Shown here in pieces: positions 50,438 through 63,654 of a stretch of 64,000 nt of DNA. The translations under genes and the position numbers were made by a program. This DNA is from Octopus sinensis (Eukaryota). The stretch's first letter is position 1. The number at the start of each line of letters is the position of its first letter. The stretch is from the NCBI RefSeq assembly GCF_006345805.1, contig NC_043011.1, positions 21,278,464 to 21,342,463 of the forward strand, in the 5' to 3' direction. The notes under the pieces are model-generated. The model saw only the letters and a list, made by a program, of their open reading frames with translations. It had not been told where the DNA came from and did not search any database.

Positions 50438-51029
50438 GAGAGACATATTGAAATTAATCATGTGTGTGGTGTAGTTTTTCTTTTCGGTAGTTAGGGATGA
50501 ATATCAAAATATCAAAGCGACCGATTTCATTATTAACTAATAATTCTTTTGGATGTTGATGATTGTCATCATCATCTTCCTCATCGCCATCGGCTTCGTC
50601 ATCGTCGTCATCGCCACCGGTGTCGTCATCGTCGTCATCGTCGTCGTCGTCGTCTTCATCATCATCATCATCTTCGCTTTCACGTTCACTTTTCCATCGG
50701 TCGGACAGTTTTCGTTGAACCACATTTTCTAGACCGGATGCTCTTCGTGTTGCCAACCTTCACTTGTTTGAAATAAGCTGATATTTTCCCATGGTTAGCC
50801 ATGTTTTCATGGATGTCTGGAAACGAAGGACACTTTTATATGCCGATGACGCTCATCTTACAATATAACATGATATCAAGATAAAACGGCTCAGATAATG
50901 CACATGCACACACATGCATATATATAACTAGATCACAAAAAATATAAAAATGAACAATCAATATATAAGTAATATATATATATATATTATATATATATAT
51001 ATATATTATATATATATATATATAATATA

Positions 51030-51089
<60 letters not shown>

Positions 51090-51105
51090 TATATAATATA
51101 TATAC

Positions 51106-51164
<59 letters not shown>

Positions 51165-51719
51165 TATATACATATATAGATAATCCGATAGGGGTTCTTT
51201 CAATTTCCATCCATCAAATCAATTCAGAAAGGCTTTGATCGCCCAGAAGCTACAGTAAGGGATACTTACCGAAGTTTCTACACAGTGGGACCGAACACGA
51301 AACCATAGAGTTGGAATGCACAGAGCTTATGTATGCGGCTGGATAACGAGTATTAAACTAAATGACACTAAAAGAATCCATGACAAACTGTCAGTGCTGG
51401 AAAAGGAATATGAAGATCTCATGGAGATTTGTAACAATCTCAAACATTTAGCATTCTAGAACTGGAGCCAATGAGATCTTTAACCAAAGGGAGCTATAAG
51501 GTGTAGACATATGTTGCTATTGAAATGTTATGTCATAGCTGTAGGAGCATATCACTGACGTTTATGACCATAGGACCACGTAAGTATGGAATGATAAAGC
51601 CAAGTGTTCATTTACCAACAGGGTTCAACAGCCACAGAACAGTTTAATCGCAAGATGCTTGTATCCATAGGCCTACAGACATAAGATAGGATTGACATAG
51701 AATAGTGTACTCACGGAAT

Positions 51720-52660
51720 TACCATGCTTAGTGGCATCACCTTCGGCTCTTTACGTTCAAATTCCGCTGAAGTCAGTTCTTATTTTCATCCTCCCCCTTC
51801 CCTCAAAATTGTTGATCCTGTGTCAAAACTAGAAAGAATTGTTAGAGAATCGTAAAAAAAATGGCATTGTTGTATTTGTTAAGGCTCTTTACGTTCCAGG
51901 TTCATATCCCGCCGAGGTAAACTTTACTTACATCCTTTCCAGGTTGATAAAATAAAGTACCAGCCAAGTAATCGACTAACCGTTTCCACTCCATGCAAAC
52001 TGGTGGCTTTGTGCCAAAATTTGAAACAATTATCATCTTAGTTATTAAGGAAGCGAACTAGTAGAATCGTTAACACATTGGACAACATGCTAAGCGGTAT
52101 TACTTCCGGTATTACAAAGTTATTACAAAGGCGGCAAGCTGGCAGAAACGTTTAGCAGTATTTCGTCTGCCGTTACGTTCTAAGTTCAAATTTCGCCGAG
52201 GTCGACTTTGCCTTTCATCCTTTCGGGGTCGATTAAATAAGTACCAGTTACGCACTGGGGTCGATAATCGACTTAATCCGTTTGTCTGTCCTTGTTTGTC
52301 TCCTCTATGTTTAGCCCCTTGTGGGTAATAAAGAAACAGGTATTTCGTCTGCCGTTACGTTCTGAGTTCAAATTTCGCCAAGGTCGACTTTGCCTTTCAT
52401 CCTTTCAGAGTCGATTAAATAAGTACCAGTTACGCACTGGAGTCGATGTAATCGACTTAATCCGTTTGTCTGTCCTTGTTTGTCCCCTCTGTGTTTAGCT
52501 CCTTGTGGGCAGTAAAGAAATAAGTATTACTTCCGGTTCTTTACGTACTGAATGCAAATTCAGGCAAGACCGACCTGTTTTTCAGTTCGACAGTGGAGTT
52601 GATGTAATCGACCATCCTATCTCACTCCTATAATTGCTGGATTTGTATCAGAATTTGTAA
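51720..52660 (+). mobile_element. Family B SINE cluster with a young dimer (52131-52523) nested in an old copy
   Basis: TSD GTATTACTTCCGGT at 52097-52110 and 52524-52537. Confidence 0.85.
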
Positions 52661-53246
52661 CCATTGTAATGAACAATTGTAAGCAGTCATCATTGCTGCT
52701 TTAAATAGAATCAGTTCCTTCAATTGTCCTCATCGGATGTTTGTTTAACGTCTGTGAGTAGATCTCTTAGCCTTTCATTCATTCATTCATTTATTTGCCA
52801 ATAGACTCTGGAGAAATATTCCCGATAATTGAGACTATGATGAGCTTAAAAAAATAACAGCTAAATTGCTCTCAAATTATACCTTATCGTCTTGAACAGG
52901 AAAAAAGCGAGCGCGCGGCACATTGGATAATGTAGTCCTAGATATACAACGTACGGGAAAAGGATGGGATTGTTATGGCTGATAAGACTTTGATCACAGG
53001 CTTGGTCGGTCAGAGCTAATCAGAGATAAAAAGAAAAAGCAAAATGATAATGTAGAATAAAATTGTTCGGTCTGCATTCGCTCACAACAGAAGGCCTGTG
53101 TGGCCTTCGAATTCATGAGCGAACATCACTCGCTTACATATGGACATACTTCAATACCTAGGACTGGTTCGATTCCAAGCAGTGACCCGAATAATAATAA
53201 TAATAATAATAACAACAACAACAACAACAAAAACAACAACAACAAC

Positions 53247-53425
53247 ATCGAAAATACCTTAGGAATGAGAACTCAGGTTCGAAATTTCCCAAAGGTACCT
53301 GATGAAGGCTGGAGGGTATATCAACCGAAAAGTTGTGCTAACAACAAACAAGATGATGACAAATATCCGTCAATTGTAAATAATGTAAATAATGTACATA
53401 ATTCCTCATCTCTTAAATATAGAAC
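53247..53425 (+). mobile_element. PLE pseudo-LTR-like fragment with HHR, next to (AAT/AAC)n
   Basis: GTAC-CTGATGA-A-GGCTG..CAACC-GAAA-AG-TT-GTGC at about 53295-53338. Confidence 0.6.
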
Positions 53426-53840
53426 TGTAGTACTTATTTCATCGACTCTGAAAGGATGAAAGGCAAAATCGACCCCGGCGGAGTTTGAATTCAGAACAAT
53501 AAGACGGACGAAATGTGGCTAAGCAGTTTTCCCGGCGTGCTAACCATTCTGCCAGCTTGCCGCCTAAACTTTAAAAATGATAACATTGTTGGCTCACTTG
53601 CTTATAACATTATACACGCACCCACAGGGTGGTGAGTCGGCAGACTCGTTAGGACGCCGGACAAAATGGTTAGAAGCATTTCATCCTTTTATACGTTCAG
53701 AGTTCAAATTCCACCGAAGTCAACTTTGTCTTTCATCCATTTGGAGTCGATAAGATCTACACCAGTTGAGCACTGGTGCTTATTTATCGACATACATCCT
53801 TCCCCGAACATAGTGGCCTTGTGCCAAAATTTGAAACGCT
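53410..53840. mobile_element. Two old family B SINEs (minus, then plus)
   Basis: About 53410-53566 (-) and 53620-53840 (+) match family B. Confidence 0.75.
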
Positions 53841-54117
53841 CACAGACACATGCACGCATAAGGACCTCCACTAAATATACATTCGCATATATACTCACAC
53901 ACATAAAGTACAGCTGTAACGTATCTAATTTTTAATTACTGCTAGTGAGTATACCACAGGGACCAAAACAACACCTATGGCTCCAATTTAACCACTGGAG
54001 CTACATTGTACATAACACACGCGCACATACACACGCACACACACACATACATCATATTCAGACACGTATGCAATTCATACAAATTATGTTTATATGTATA
54101 TATATATATATATATAT

Positions 54118-54167
<50 letters not shown>

Positions 54168-54168
<1 letters not shown>

Positions 54169-54831
54169 TAATCAATATAGGGTGGCAAAAAATTTTGTAG
54201 AATTTTTTTGCCACCAGCGGCCTAGTGGGAAAAAATTAAATAGTCATAGACCATTTTAAGTTCAACATCACAATCAAGGAACGGCCATAATAGGCCATTC
54301 ACCCACTAGAAATAACAGCCAAAGCTTCAACCGCAAAATAACATTAATTCCGTAAACCAGGAGAAAATTAAAAAACATTTACCCTGTAATTTCTTATACG
54401 ATGCACCGTTTCATCTACTGTTTAATGGTAAACTAACCTGATTAAATTAAATCAAGCCAATCTTCCATAGGCCCTTAGAATCGTCAGTAAGAAATAGCCA
54501 GATCGGAACAGATATTTTCACGAGGCATTTCTGTCCCTGCCTCGGCAATATCTGACCTAAAATTTTCAAATCATCGCACTCGCGCCAAATTTATCGGCAG
54601 CAAATAAATATAAGCCGCCGATTCCATTACGGAATTAACCAGAAAATTCGTAATTAATCAATATAGGGTGGCAAAAAATTTTGTAGAATTTTTTTGCCAC
54701 CAGCGGCCTAGTGGGAAAAAATTAAATTAATTTTCTCCTGGTTTACGGAATTAATGTTATTTTGCGGTTGAAGCTTTGGCTGTTATTTCTAGTGGGTGAA
54801 TGGCCTATTATGGCCGTTCCTTGATTGTGAT
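54168..54831 (-). mobile_element. Young non-coding HHR-bearing element: 486-bp monomer plus direct and inverted partial copies, in (TA)n
   Basis: Identical 74-bp direct repeat (54168-54241, 54654-54727); identical 104-bp inverted copy (54267-54370, 54728-54831). Confidence 0.8.
54391..54493 (-). ncRNA. Type-I hammerhead ribozyme motif with extended stem II loop
   Basis: TTCTTA-CTGACGA-T.TCTA..TAGA.T-GAAA-CGGTGCATCG-TA-TAAGAA: perfect 6-bp stem I, canonical core, near-palindromic stem III, GUA site. Confidence 0.75.
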
Positions 54832-54888
54832 ATATATATATGTATAATATAAGTATATATATATATATAATATATATATATAAGTATA

Positions 54889-54982
<94 letters not shown>

Positions 54983-55069
54983 AGTATATATATATATATA
55001 CAAAATACTTATATAATATTACATACATAACTCCTCGCACATATGTACTTGTGTGTGTTTGTTTGTTTA

Positions 55070-55102
<33 letters not shown>

Positions 55103-55538
55103 AAAGAGGAAAGAGAGAGAGAGGGAGGATACATTCATAAATAGGCAGGGTTAGAAAATAACGTATATTCAATATTTTAATACGGAAACAGCTTACAATG
55201 TTTAGTTGTTGCTTTGGTTGTTTTTGTTTAGCCCCAGTCAAACCTGATTACGCAGACCTAATATCAAAGGCATTCTAGCAACCACCATCTCTTAATTTTC
55301 CCATGCTCAAGGCACCCAGGATCAGGTTATCCAATGAGTCCTTTCATGAGATGATACAGTGTGATCCCAGGGGCTATTTCTGATTGCTATTTCTAGTATG
55401 TTAAACGACCACGTAGAGGCCTTTTTGTTGGCTTGTATAAAGTTTTTGCTTGGGTCGTTGGTGTGATACACTTGCTGACATTAATGTATTTAACTGGAAT
55501 AAAGGAACTTATCTCTGTAGGTGTATTTTATATACAAG

Positions 55539-55925
55539 ACTAGCAGTATCGCCCGGCGTTGCTCAGGTTTGTAAGGGAAATAACTATAAAGCATTTTTAG
55601 AGAGTTATAGCCAAAAAATAGCAAAAAAAAAGGAAAAAATTATGGTAAATTTTTTTTTGATAGTTAAAAAAGGTGGAGTTGCGTCACCTACAAAGTTTGT
55701 GGTTTGTGTTCCTGATTCTCGACCCCATGTCGAATTTATCGATTTTTTTCAGAACTGGGGGAACTTTTCAAAATTTTCGCTGCGTTAGTTTTGAATTATG
55801 ACATTGGGCTATGTGTGTGTCAAGTTTCATCAGAATCGGTTGAAAGCCGTGGTCAGGGTGAGGGTACAAGCAAACAGACACACAGAAACACGCACAGACA
55901 AACTGCCGTTTATATAGAGAGAGAT
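55539..55925 (+). mobile_element. Helentron/Lep1/DINE-like non-autonomous element
   Basis: 5' ACTAGCAGTATCGCCCGGCGTTGCTC; 3' GTCAAGTTTCATCAGAATCGGTTG..ACAGACA..TTTATATAGAG. Confidence 0.65.
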
Positions 55926-56038
55926 ATGAGACCTGATATTTTGTTCTCGATGATGATAACTGAACGGTCATCAACATCATCATAACAGCCGCCGACACCA
56001 CCACCACCACCAACAACAACAACACCAACACCACTAAC

Positions 56039-56072
<34 letters not shown>

Positions 56073-57600
56073 TCATATTCATCACCATTACCATTACCAT
56101 TATCATTTAACTTTTGTCTTCCCTGCTGGCATGCGTCGACTTCTAATGTCAGCTCTGGTATGGCTTCTTCGGTTCGATGCCATTCCTAAAGATGACCCCC
56201 TTGACAGAGTGTACTGGGTGCTTTCTTGCCGTGGCATTGGCATTAGTGTGGTTACCAATTAACTCGCGAGACAAAAGAAGAAAAAAAAAAGAAAAAGCAT
56301 CCCCACCCCACCGCCATTGATTGACTAGGTGTGTTGTAAAAAGAGATATGACTTTACTTCAGGTGTTGAGAGACTAACATATAGCTGAGGGACAGGAGCA
56401 TGTCTCGCTATAACTAAGATACATGGACTAAACAAAATTATGCGTGGATGAGTAGGAGTAGCCAGAGACAGAGAGGGGGAGAGAGAAAGAGAGCTGGAGA
56501 GAAAGATGAAGATGGCGGCGACGAGGTGTCAGGACGTAGTCTAAAGGAAAATATCTCGCAAATAAACAATGCCACTTCTCCATCTTCCTTTATGACTAGA
56601 ATGAAGTGGGTTTAGCACATCTGAGAAGTTGTGAATCAATAAGAAAGGCTAATAGCACCGGGAAGAGTCTAACTGTTGGCGAATAAACTAAGTTCGTGAG
56701 TCGGCTTCATTTTAACCACATCACTAATGGGTGCTTTTTAGAGAATTTACGAACATCACGCAATTTCGCTTCCCTTCCCAATAAATCTTAGTTTTTGTAC
56801 TTATATTTAGAAGTCAATCGTTAAATGTAGAAGTATGTGCTTGTGAGAAGTAAGCCGTTTCACATCATTTTCGCCGCTAATGATTTTGAGTAAATTTGGT
56901 TGTCATATATTTACATTTTTTCGTTCCGACAAAAATCGTCAAAAGACAGATCAAATTAGTGCAAACGTTAAAATAGTGAAGTTTCAAAGAGTCACAAACA
57001 TTTGAAAAGACGATGTTTATAGTAAAAGTGTGCGACATGAGTATGCAACCAGGACATTGCAGTAAGTCAGTATAGCCATTAACTCAACTCAGGCGGTTTA
57101 TTTGCGCAAGTTAATGTAATGTAAAATGTGACTAGGATAGTTAGCAAGATAATATACTAAGGCAATGTAGCCAAGAAATTGTTATGCACAATATGTTCAG
57201 GACAGTGTAAAAATCAGGTCAAAAGAAAGCAGAATGGCTTGTCAATAACAGTTTAACAATATAGCCAATAAAAAAAAACTATATACATAAAAATGCACAA
57301 TAACTGAAAATCGTGAGAAACGTTTAAAGTAATAATTCTAGATGCAAGAAGAATTATAATTTTACCAGGCCAGACACTCAACGACTCCTGCCCACTCGTG
57401 TTAAGAAAAGGTGAACTCAAAAACACATGTAAGCACTTTTAGCCTTCAAGTGGCAGACGTCCTTTGGAGAATGATCCCATAAATGTTTTGTCGTCTCCTA
57501 TCGCGGTCTTTTGTAAAATATCATCCCGCGAATGGCTCTAGTATTCACATCTTATCTCGTGCTTCGTTAACATATTTGTTGGTCTATTTCCTTCTTGATC

Positions 57601-57832
57601 AGGAGGCGAGCTGGCAGAAACGTTAGCATGCCGGGCGAAATGCGTAGCCGTATTTCGTCTGCCGTTACGTTCTGAGTTCAAATTCTGCCGAGGTCGACTT
57701 TGTCGTTCATCCTTTCGGGATCGATAAATAAAGTACCAGTTACGCACTGGGGGCAATGTAATCGGCTTAATCCTTTTGTCTGTCCTTATTTGTTTCCTCT
57801 AGGCTTAGCCCCTTGTGGTCAATAAAGAAATA
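57601..57832 (+). mobile_element. SINE family B, young, 16-bp TSD
   Basis: TATTTCCTTCTTGATC at 57585-57600 and 57833-57848. Confidence 0.9.
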
Positions 57833-58199
57833 TATTTCCTTCTTGATCGCACGTTAAATCAAGCAGTTCCTAGTGAATTTCTTGAATCGCTCTAAAGTTG
57901 AGAGACTGCACATGGATGTCCTAAGTTTCTCATATTTTCGTTCACGGTTTCTGATTGAGCTAACCTTCATATTTTCCTTTTCTTTATCCCCCCCCATCCC
58001 CCGATGATGGTCTACCACTCCTCTATAACTTCCATTTAACCTTTCCACTATCATTGCAAGCGAATGGTATGACACTACCTGAAATGGAGATTTTAGCCTC
58101 ATCAACTACTGGGACTTCGCCATTTCCAGAGCTGCAACTAGCGATACTGTTGGAACAGAACTGGAATTTGCTGTTGCTGTTTCTGATTCTGCTTGACAA

Positions 58200-58380
58200 C
58201 GTGTGCTAGTTTGTTTAGGTCTGTGTGACATAACGGTTAGGCAAAAGAGACGGATAGAATAAGTACCAAACTAAGGAAATAAAAGCAAAAATAAATACCG
58301 AGTTCGATTTGTTCGACTAAACCCTTCAAAGCAGTGCTCCAGCATGACCGCAGTCGAAGACTGAAACACGTGAAAGATAG
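58200..58380 (+). mobile_element. SINE family A, 3' half, diverged
   Basis: GGCAAAAGAGAC.GATAGAATAAGTACC..GCTCCAGCATGACCGCAGTC. Confidence 0.7.
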
Positions 58381-58805
58381 ATATAGATAAAAAAAAATAT
58401 TGTATTCGATCTTTATTTAACACTTCGATTTTTCTCCTCCCCCACCCCTGTTAGCTATCATAGAAAAAAGTCGTAAATTAAAATTGTACCGTTTTAAAGA
58501 CGGCGAAGATGGAGAGACGGATATGTAACCGCTTCTCTTTGCAAATTCCAAAATGTTTGAGGACACGGTGTGATATGAGCTAGTTGGTATATAACAGCTT
58601 GTGACTTTATAGATTTCCTATATTTGAAATTCATTATAAAATTATTGAAAATTGCTAAATATCTTTTTATTGTTTTATTGCAAGTTGTATGCGTGCGCGG
58701 TTGTGTGACTGCGTTTCTCGGCCTACGTAGATTTCCTGATTCCGTTTATATATATAATATATATATATATATATAGATATATATATATATATATATATAT
58801 ATAGA

Positions 58806-58841
<36 letters not shown>

Positions 58842-58847
58842 GATATA

Positions 58848-58891
<44 letters not shown>

Positions 58892-59464
58892 TATATATAC
58901 ATATATATATGAAGGATAAATTTTGTGCAAATGTAGCTCATAACAAGAAATTTCTCTTCTTCTTCTTCTTCTTCTTCTTCAACATCATCATCATCATTAT
59001 CGGCATTCTCATCATCATCTTCAGTAGCAGCATCTTCTCTTCCTCTCTCTTCTCCTCTTCCTCGATCTTTTCCAAGTTCTCCTCCTCCTCCTCTTCCCCC
59101 TCCTCAATCTCCTCCCTTTTCTCCTTTGTTTTTTTTAGCTCCAAAACTGTCTGTATAAGCCGTTCTCATTTGATCATAATGTTTACAATTATATTGATGT
59201 TTTCATTGTCTCTAATTGCATTCACTGTTCTTCTGGTGAATTTATGAAACACCAGCTGCGCTTTTCTTAATAAGTATTTAATTAAAGGTACCGTGGATTA
59301 ATGAGTTTCTGAATTTGGAAAGGCAATGAATCCGATAGAGACTGAAGTGTTATTCGAGATATTTGAAAAAGAGTTCGTGAGAACCGACTAATCACGCGCG
59401 CGTACATATATAGATGTGTGTGTGTGTTGTGTGGTGTATATGTGTGTGTGTTATATATTATATC

Positions 59465-59495
<31 letters not shown>

Positions 59496-59665
59496 TATGT
59501 ATGTATGTATGTATGTATGTATGTATAAACTCAGTTAAAATACAAACAATTTTACATACTATACTTATTTATTATTTATTAATACAGATTTATTATTTTT
59601 AAACAAGAACTTGTTGATAGTGACTTCGAATTTTCTGCCGGCTAAGCCATCATCAGACATTCATC

Positions 59666-59703
<38 letters not shown>

Positions 59704-59739
59704 TATAATATATATATATATATATATTATATAATATAT

Positions 59740-59777
<38 letters not shown>

Positions 59778-59822
59778 AGAGATATATGATATAGATATAG
59801 ATAGATAGATTGATTGATAGAA

Positions 59823-59879
<57 letters not shown>

Positions 59880-60407
59880 CAGACATACATGCATACATAC
59901 ATGCAAGCATACATACATACGTACATACATACATATATATCCGTACATATTTGCAAAAATCATTAGAGACTTTCACACATGTTTGTAAATACGCATCCCC
60001 ACCACACACATTTAATTTTTTTTCTTTCTTTCTTTCTTTATATTAGTTAATGATCGCAAGCGTGACGACGCTCATTGACCTTAACCGCCCACTTCTGTTT
60101 GGTGTGATAGATACAGTTGAAATTCTTTTGCAATGTCTGTAGGCCGTTGTCTGAAGGAGTAAAACTCCGGTGGAAGGACTAGAAATAGTGCTTAGTTCAG
60201 TCATGGACAACCTTATTTCGAGAAGTGGGTTGCATAAGATATGGCTCATGGTCAAGCAGGCTGCACTACTAAGAATAATACAGGGTAACTTTTCATCTTG
60301 GCGTACCATTCAGAAAACCCCAGGTCCTGCAGTTTGCCCATAGTTGGTTTAGTTCAATAAATATATAATTTAAATCAATTCTCTCTCTATTTTCTCTACC
60401 TCTTAAC

Positions 60408-60443
60408 CTTTTCTGTCGAAGAGCGTTGGCTCGAAACGTCAAA
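60408..60443 (+). ncRNA. Minimal HHR-like motif, CUGUCGA core variant (P1)
   Basis: TTT-CTGTCGA-A-GAGC gttg GCTC-GAAA-CG-TC-AAA. Confidence 0.55.
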
Positions 60444-60658
60444 TACTTTCTATTCTCCCCGAACGTTAAACAATTACACCTGCTTGTTGTTCCCTCGCCT
60501 GTCTTCGTCTTTTGTTTTCTGTAAATTTGAGCTATAATCTAAATCAACTTGATTACAATTTGCAGTGGTCTCGTCGAGCGAATTATCAGATTCGAAGTTG
60601 TTTAGTGCAGAATCTTCTGTGACTGAAATGCAGTATGAATGATAAAAGTGAATGAGTT

Positions 60659-60716
<58 letters not shown>

Positions 60717-60899
60717 TGTGTGTGTGTGCGAGCGTGTGTGTGCGTGTGTGTGTGTGTAAGAGTGAGAGGGAGTAAAAGAGAGACAGACACTGTGTGAAGG
60801 ATAACGGTATGGTTTGCGGTGTGCAGCTAAATTGTATGGAGCAGTATTGTTGTAATGGTAAAATAGACAAAACGAAGAGCTAGCGTGTTTATGCGCTAA

Positions 60900-60951
<52 letters not shown>

Positions 60952-61138
60952 AGAGAGAGTGAGTGAGTGAGAATAGTATACGAGATGCGTGCACAGTCCT
61001 CTAATTTGGATATTAACTGAGCTTTGTTAAACTAGCGACTGAACAAACTAAAGCAAAATGTAAATGAGAAATACACACACGCACGCACACGCACACCCAC
61101 ACACACATACACACATACATATGTAGTTTTCTAATACC

Positions 61139-61374
61139 TATTTCTTTACTATCCACAAGGGGCTAAACACAGAGAGGGGAGAAACAAGGACAGACAAAGG
61201 GATTAAGTCGATTACATCGACCCCAGTGCGTAACTGGTACTTAATTTATCGACCCCGAAAGGATGAAAGGCAAAGTCGACCTCGGTGGAATTTGAACTCA
61301 GAACGTAACGGCAGACGAAATACCGCTAAGCTTTTCGCCCTGCGTGCTAACGTTTCTGCCAGCTCGCCGCCTTA
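61139..61374 (-). mobile_element. SINE family B, young, 15-bp TSD
   Basis: TAGTTTTCTARTACC at 61124-61138 and 61375-61389. Confidence 0.9.
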
Positions 61375-62180
61375 TAGTTTTCTAGTACCGTTATCAACTT
61401 CACCAAGATACTAATCAGGATTCATTCTCGTCTGAAATAATTTGATTTTGGCAATGCATATCACCCACCACATCCCTCTTATTTTTTGATCTCCGTTGTT
61501 TTTACTTGCTTTGTCATTATACAGAAAATACTTCGTAACTGCTAACCGGTCATCGCTTCATCATTGTTGCGATATTGTTTTGACAATGTTTTGATATATA
61601 AGGTCACTAGCGGAGATTGCAACAGCGAAGAGAACCTCTATGCAGTAACTCTTTCTTCTAGAAATAGCAGTCAAATCACATTCAAATTACCTATTGTTGT
61701 TTTAAATATCTGAAGTGTTAGTACATTTCATGGAATTTGGATCTGCGGCTGGAAAAATTCCACTCCAAGACGCAGGCTTAGTTAAGGTTCTTTATGGGAG
61801 ACCGGTAGTTGCTCAGGTATGCATGTTTCTCCTGTCCACGTTATTGATGAATGTCCAAGGAAAATGTAAAGAGAGGAAAGAAATTCTGCAATGCACTCTA
61901 CATATTCTCCACCCTTAATAATGGTTTCACATTGGCATAAGGACAGCAATTTCGGGGAGAGGGGGCGAAGTAAGTCGATTACATCGACCCAAATCCCTCC
62001 AATACTCAACTGGTACTTATTTCATCAACCCGAAAAGGATGAAAGGCAAAGTTGACACCGGCAGGATTTGAAATCAGAACGTAAAAACGGACGAAATGCT
62101 GCTAAGCATTTTGCCCTGCTTGCTAACGATTCTACCAGCTCAACACCTAAAAATATGTTTAAAAAAATAATAAACGCGCC

Positions 62181-62420
62181 CTTTTAAAGCCTAGCCAGGC
62201 TCATGGTCCCGGTTTCCCGGTTTCTATGGCGTATGTGTTCCCCAGCTGGACGGGACGCCAGTCCATCGCAGCATTACTCATTTTTGCCAGCTGAGTGGAC
62301 TGGAGCAACGTGAAATGAAGTGTTTTGCTCAAGAACACAACGCGTCGCCCAATCCAGGAATCAAAACCACAATCTTACGATTATTATGCTGACACCCCAA
62401 CCACTAAGCCACGCGCCTCC
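62181..62420 (-). mobile_element. SINE with family C head and V-domain-like tail
   Basis: Head and centre like 151-330; tail CTGCGATGGACTGGCGTCCCGTCCAG..GAAACCGGG like 13868-13980. Confidence 0.8.
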
Positions 62421-63420
62421 TCAGCTCAACACCTTACCAAACTTAATGATGAAAACTATATAGAATATAACAATAGCAATAATAATAATTTTGGCACAAG
62501 ACCAGCAATTATAAGAAATGGGGTCTAGTTTATTACATCGATCCTAATGCTCAACAGGTACTTATTTTATCCATCCCTAAAAAATAAAAGGCAAAGTCGA
62601 CATCGGCGGAATTTGAACTCAGAACTTAAAGTTCGATTTCTGGTTTCTAACAGTGTCATTGCCGTCAGAAAGCAAAGCTCTGGAACAAATTAGTGAGATA
62701 TCTCATCCAACGCTCTGGCAATTTTGCTATTACACTTCCATGGATTGGTATTTATTTTATTTATTGATCCCAATATGATGAAAGGTAAGAGTTGACTTCA
62801 GAGGAATACGAACTCAGATCCCAAAGAACCGGAAAAAAATCGCAAGTTATTTTATCTGACGCTCTAAAAATACCTAAAAATACCTAGACTCACCCAATTC
62901 GCCGTTTCTCAATTCTAAAATAAACAACGATGCACCGAGCAACGGAGTGGTGACGCTTGGAATACATTTATCGTAGCTTTGTTCAGTCAAGATAGACCTG
63001 AGTTTAGATAACAAAATTTCAAATTTTGGCCCAAGGGCAACAATTTTAGGAGAGGGGGAAAACAATTTCTCCTGCTTTAGTCACAAGACTTAAAATTGTG
63101 GGATCAGACTAGTCGCTTACATTTACCCAGTGCTCGGCTGTTACTTATTTTATCGAACCGGAAAGAATGAAAGACAAAGTCGGCTTTGGCTGAATTTGAA
63201 CACAGCCAGAGGATATAAGAATGTAGAAATCTTGGAGCTATCTTGAAACGAAATGAATTAACATTTTAAATAATTGCTTCAAATTTTGACACAACGCCAA
63301 CAATTTTAGTGCGATAGGTAAGTCGATTTTTACATCGATCATATTATTTGACTTGTATTTTATTATAAACGACCCAGATCAGCTTTGCCTTTCATTTTGG
63401 AGTTGTTATAATAAAGTACC

Positions 63421-63654
63421 TATTTCTTTACTACCCACAAGGAGCTAAACACAGAGAGGACAAACAAGGACAGACAAACGGATTAAGTCGATTATATCGA
63501 CCCCAGTGCGTAACTGGTACTTATTTAATCGACCCCGAAAGGATGAAAGGCAAAGTCAACCTCGGCGGAATTTGAACTCAGAACTTAGCGGCAGACGAAA
63601 TACTGCTAAGCATTTCGCCCGGCGTGCTAACGTTTCTGCCAGCTCGCCGCCTTG
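63421..63654 (-). mobile_element. SINE family B, young, 23-bp TSD, inserted in an old B copy
   Basis: TGGAGTYGTTATAATAAAGTACC at 63398-63420 and 63655-63677. Confidence 0.9.

Noticed and set aside
50454-50756. Acidic poly-Asp ORF (and the poly-Glu ORF at 58938-59144)
   Set aside because: Produced by (GAT/GAC)n and (GAG/GAA)n tracts, with no domain or splice support.
52131-52523. Regularly spaced family B repeats as a CRISPR-like array
   Set aside because: Units are homologous SINE bodies of about 175-230 bp, not short repeats with unique spacers, and the DNA is eukaryotic.
60040-60330. Possible hAT/Buster transposase C-terminus on the minus strand
   Set aside because: Only weak resemblance (W..MKSYPVL..); not supportable by eye.
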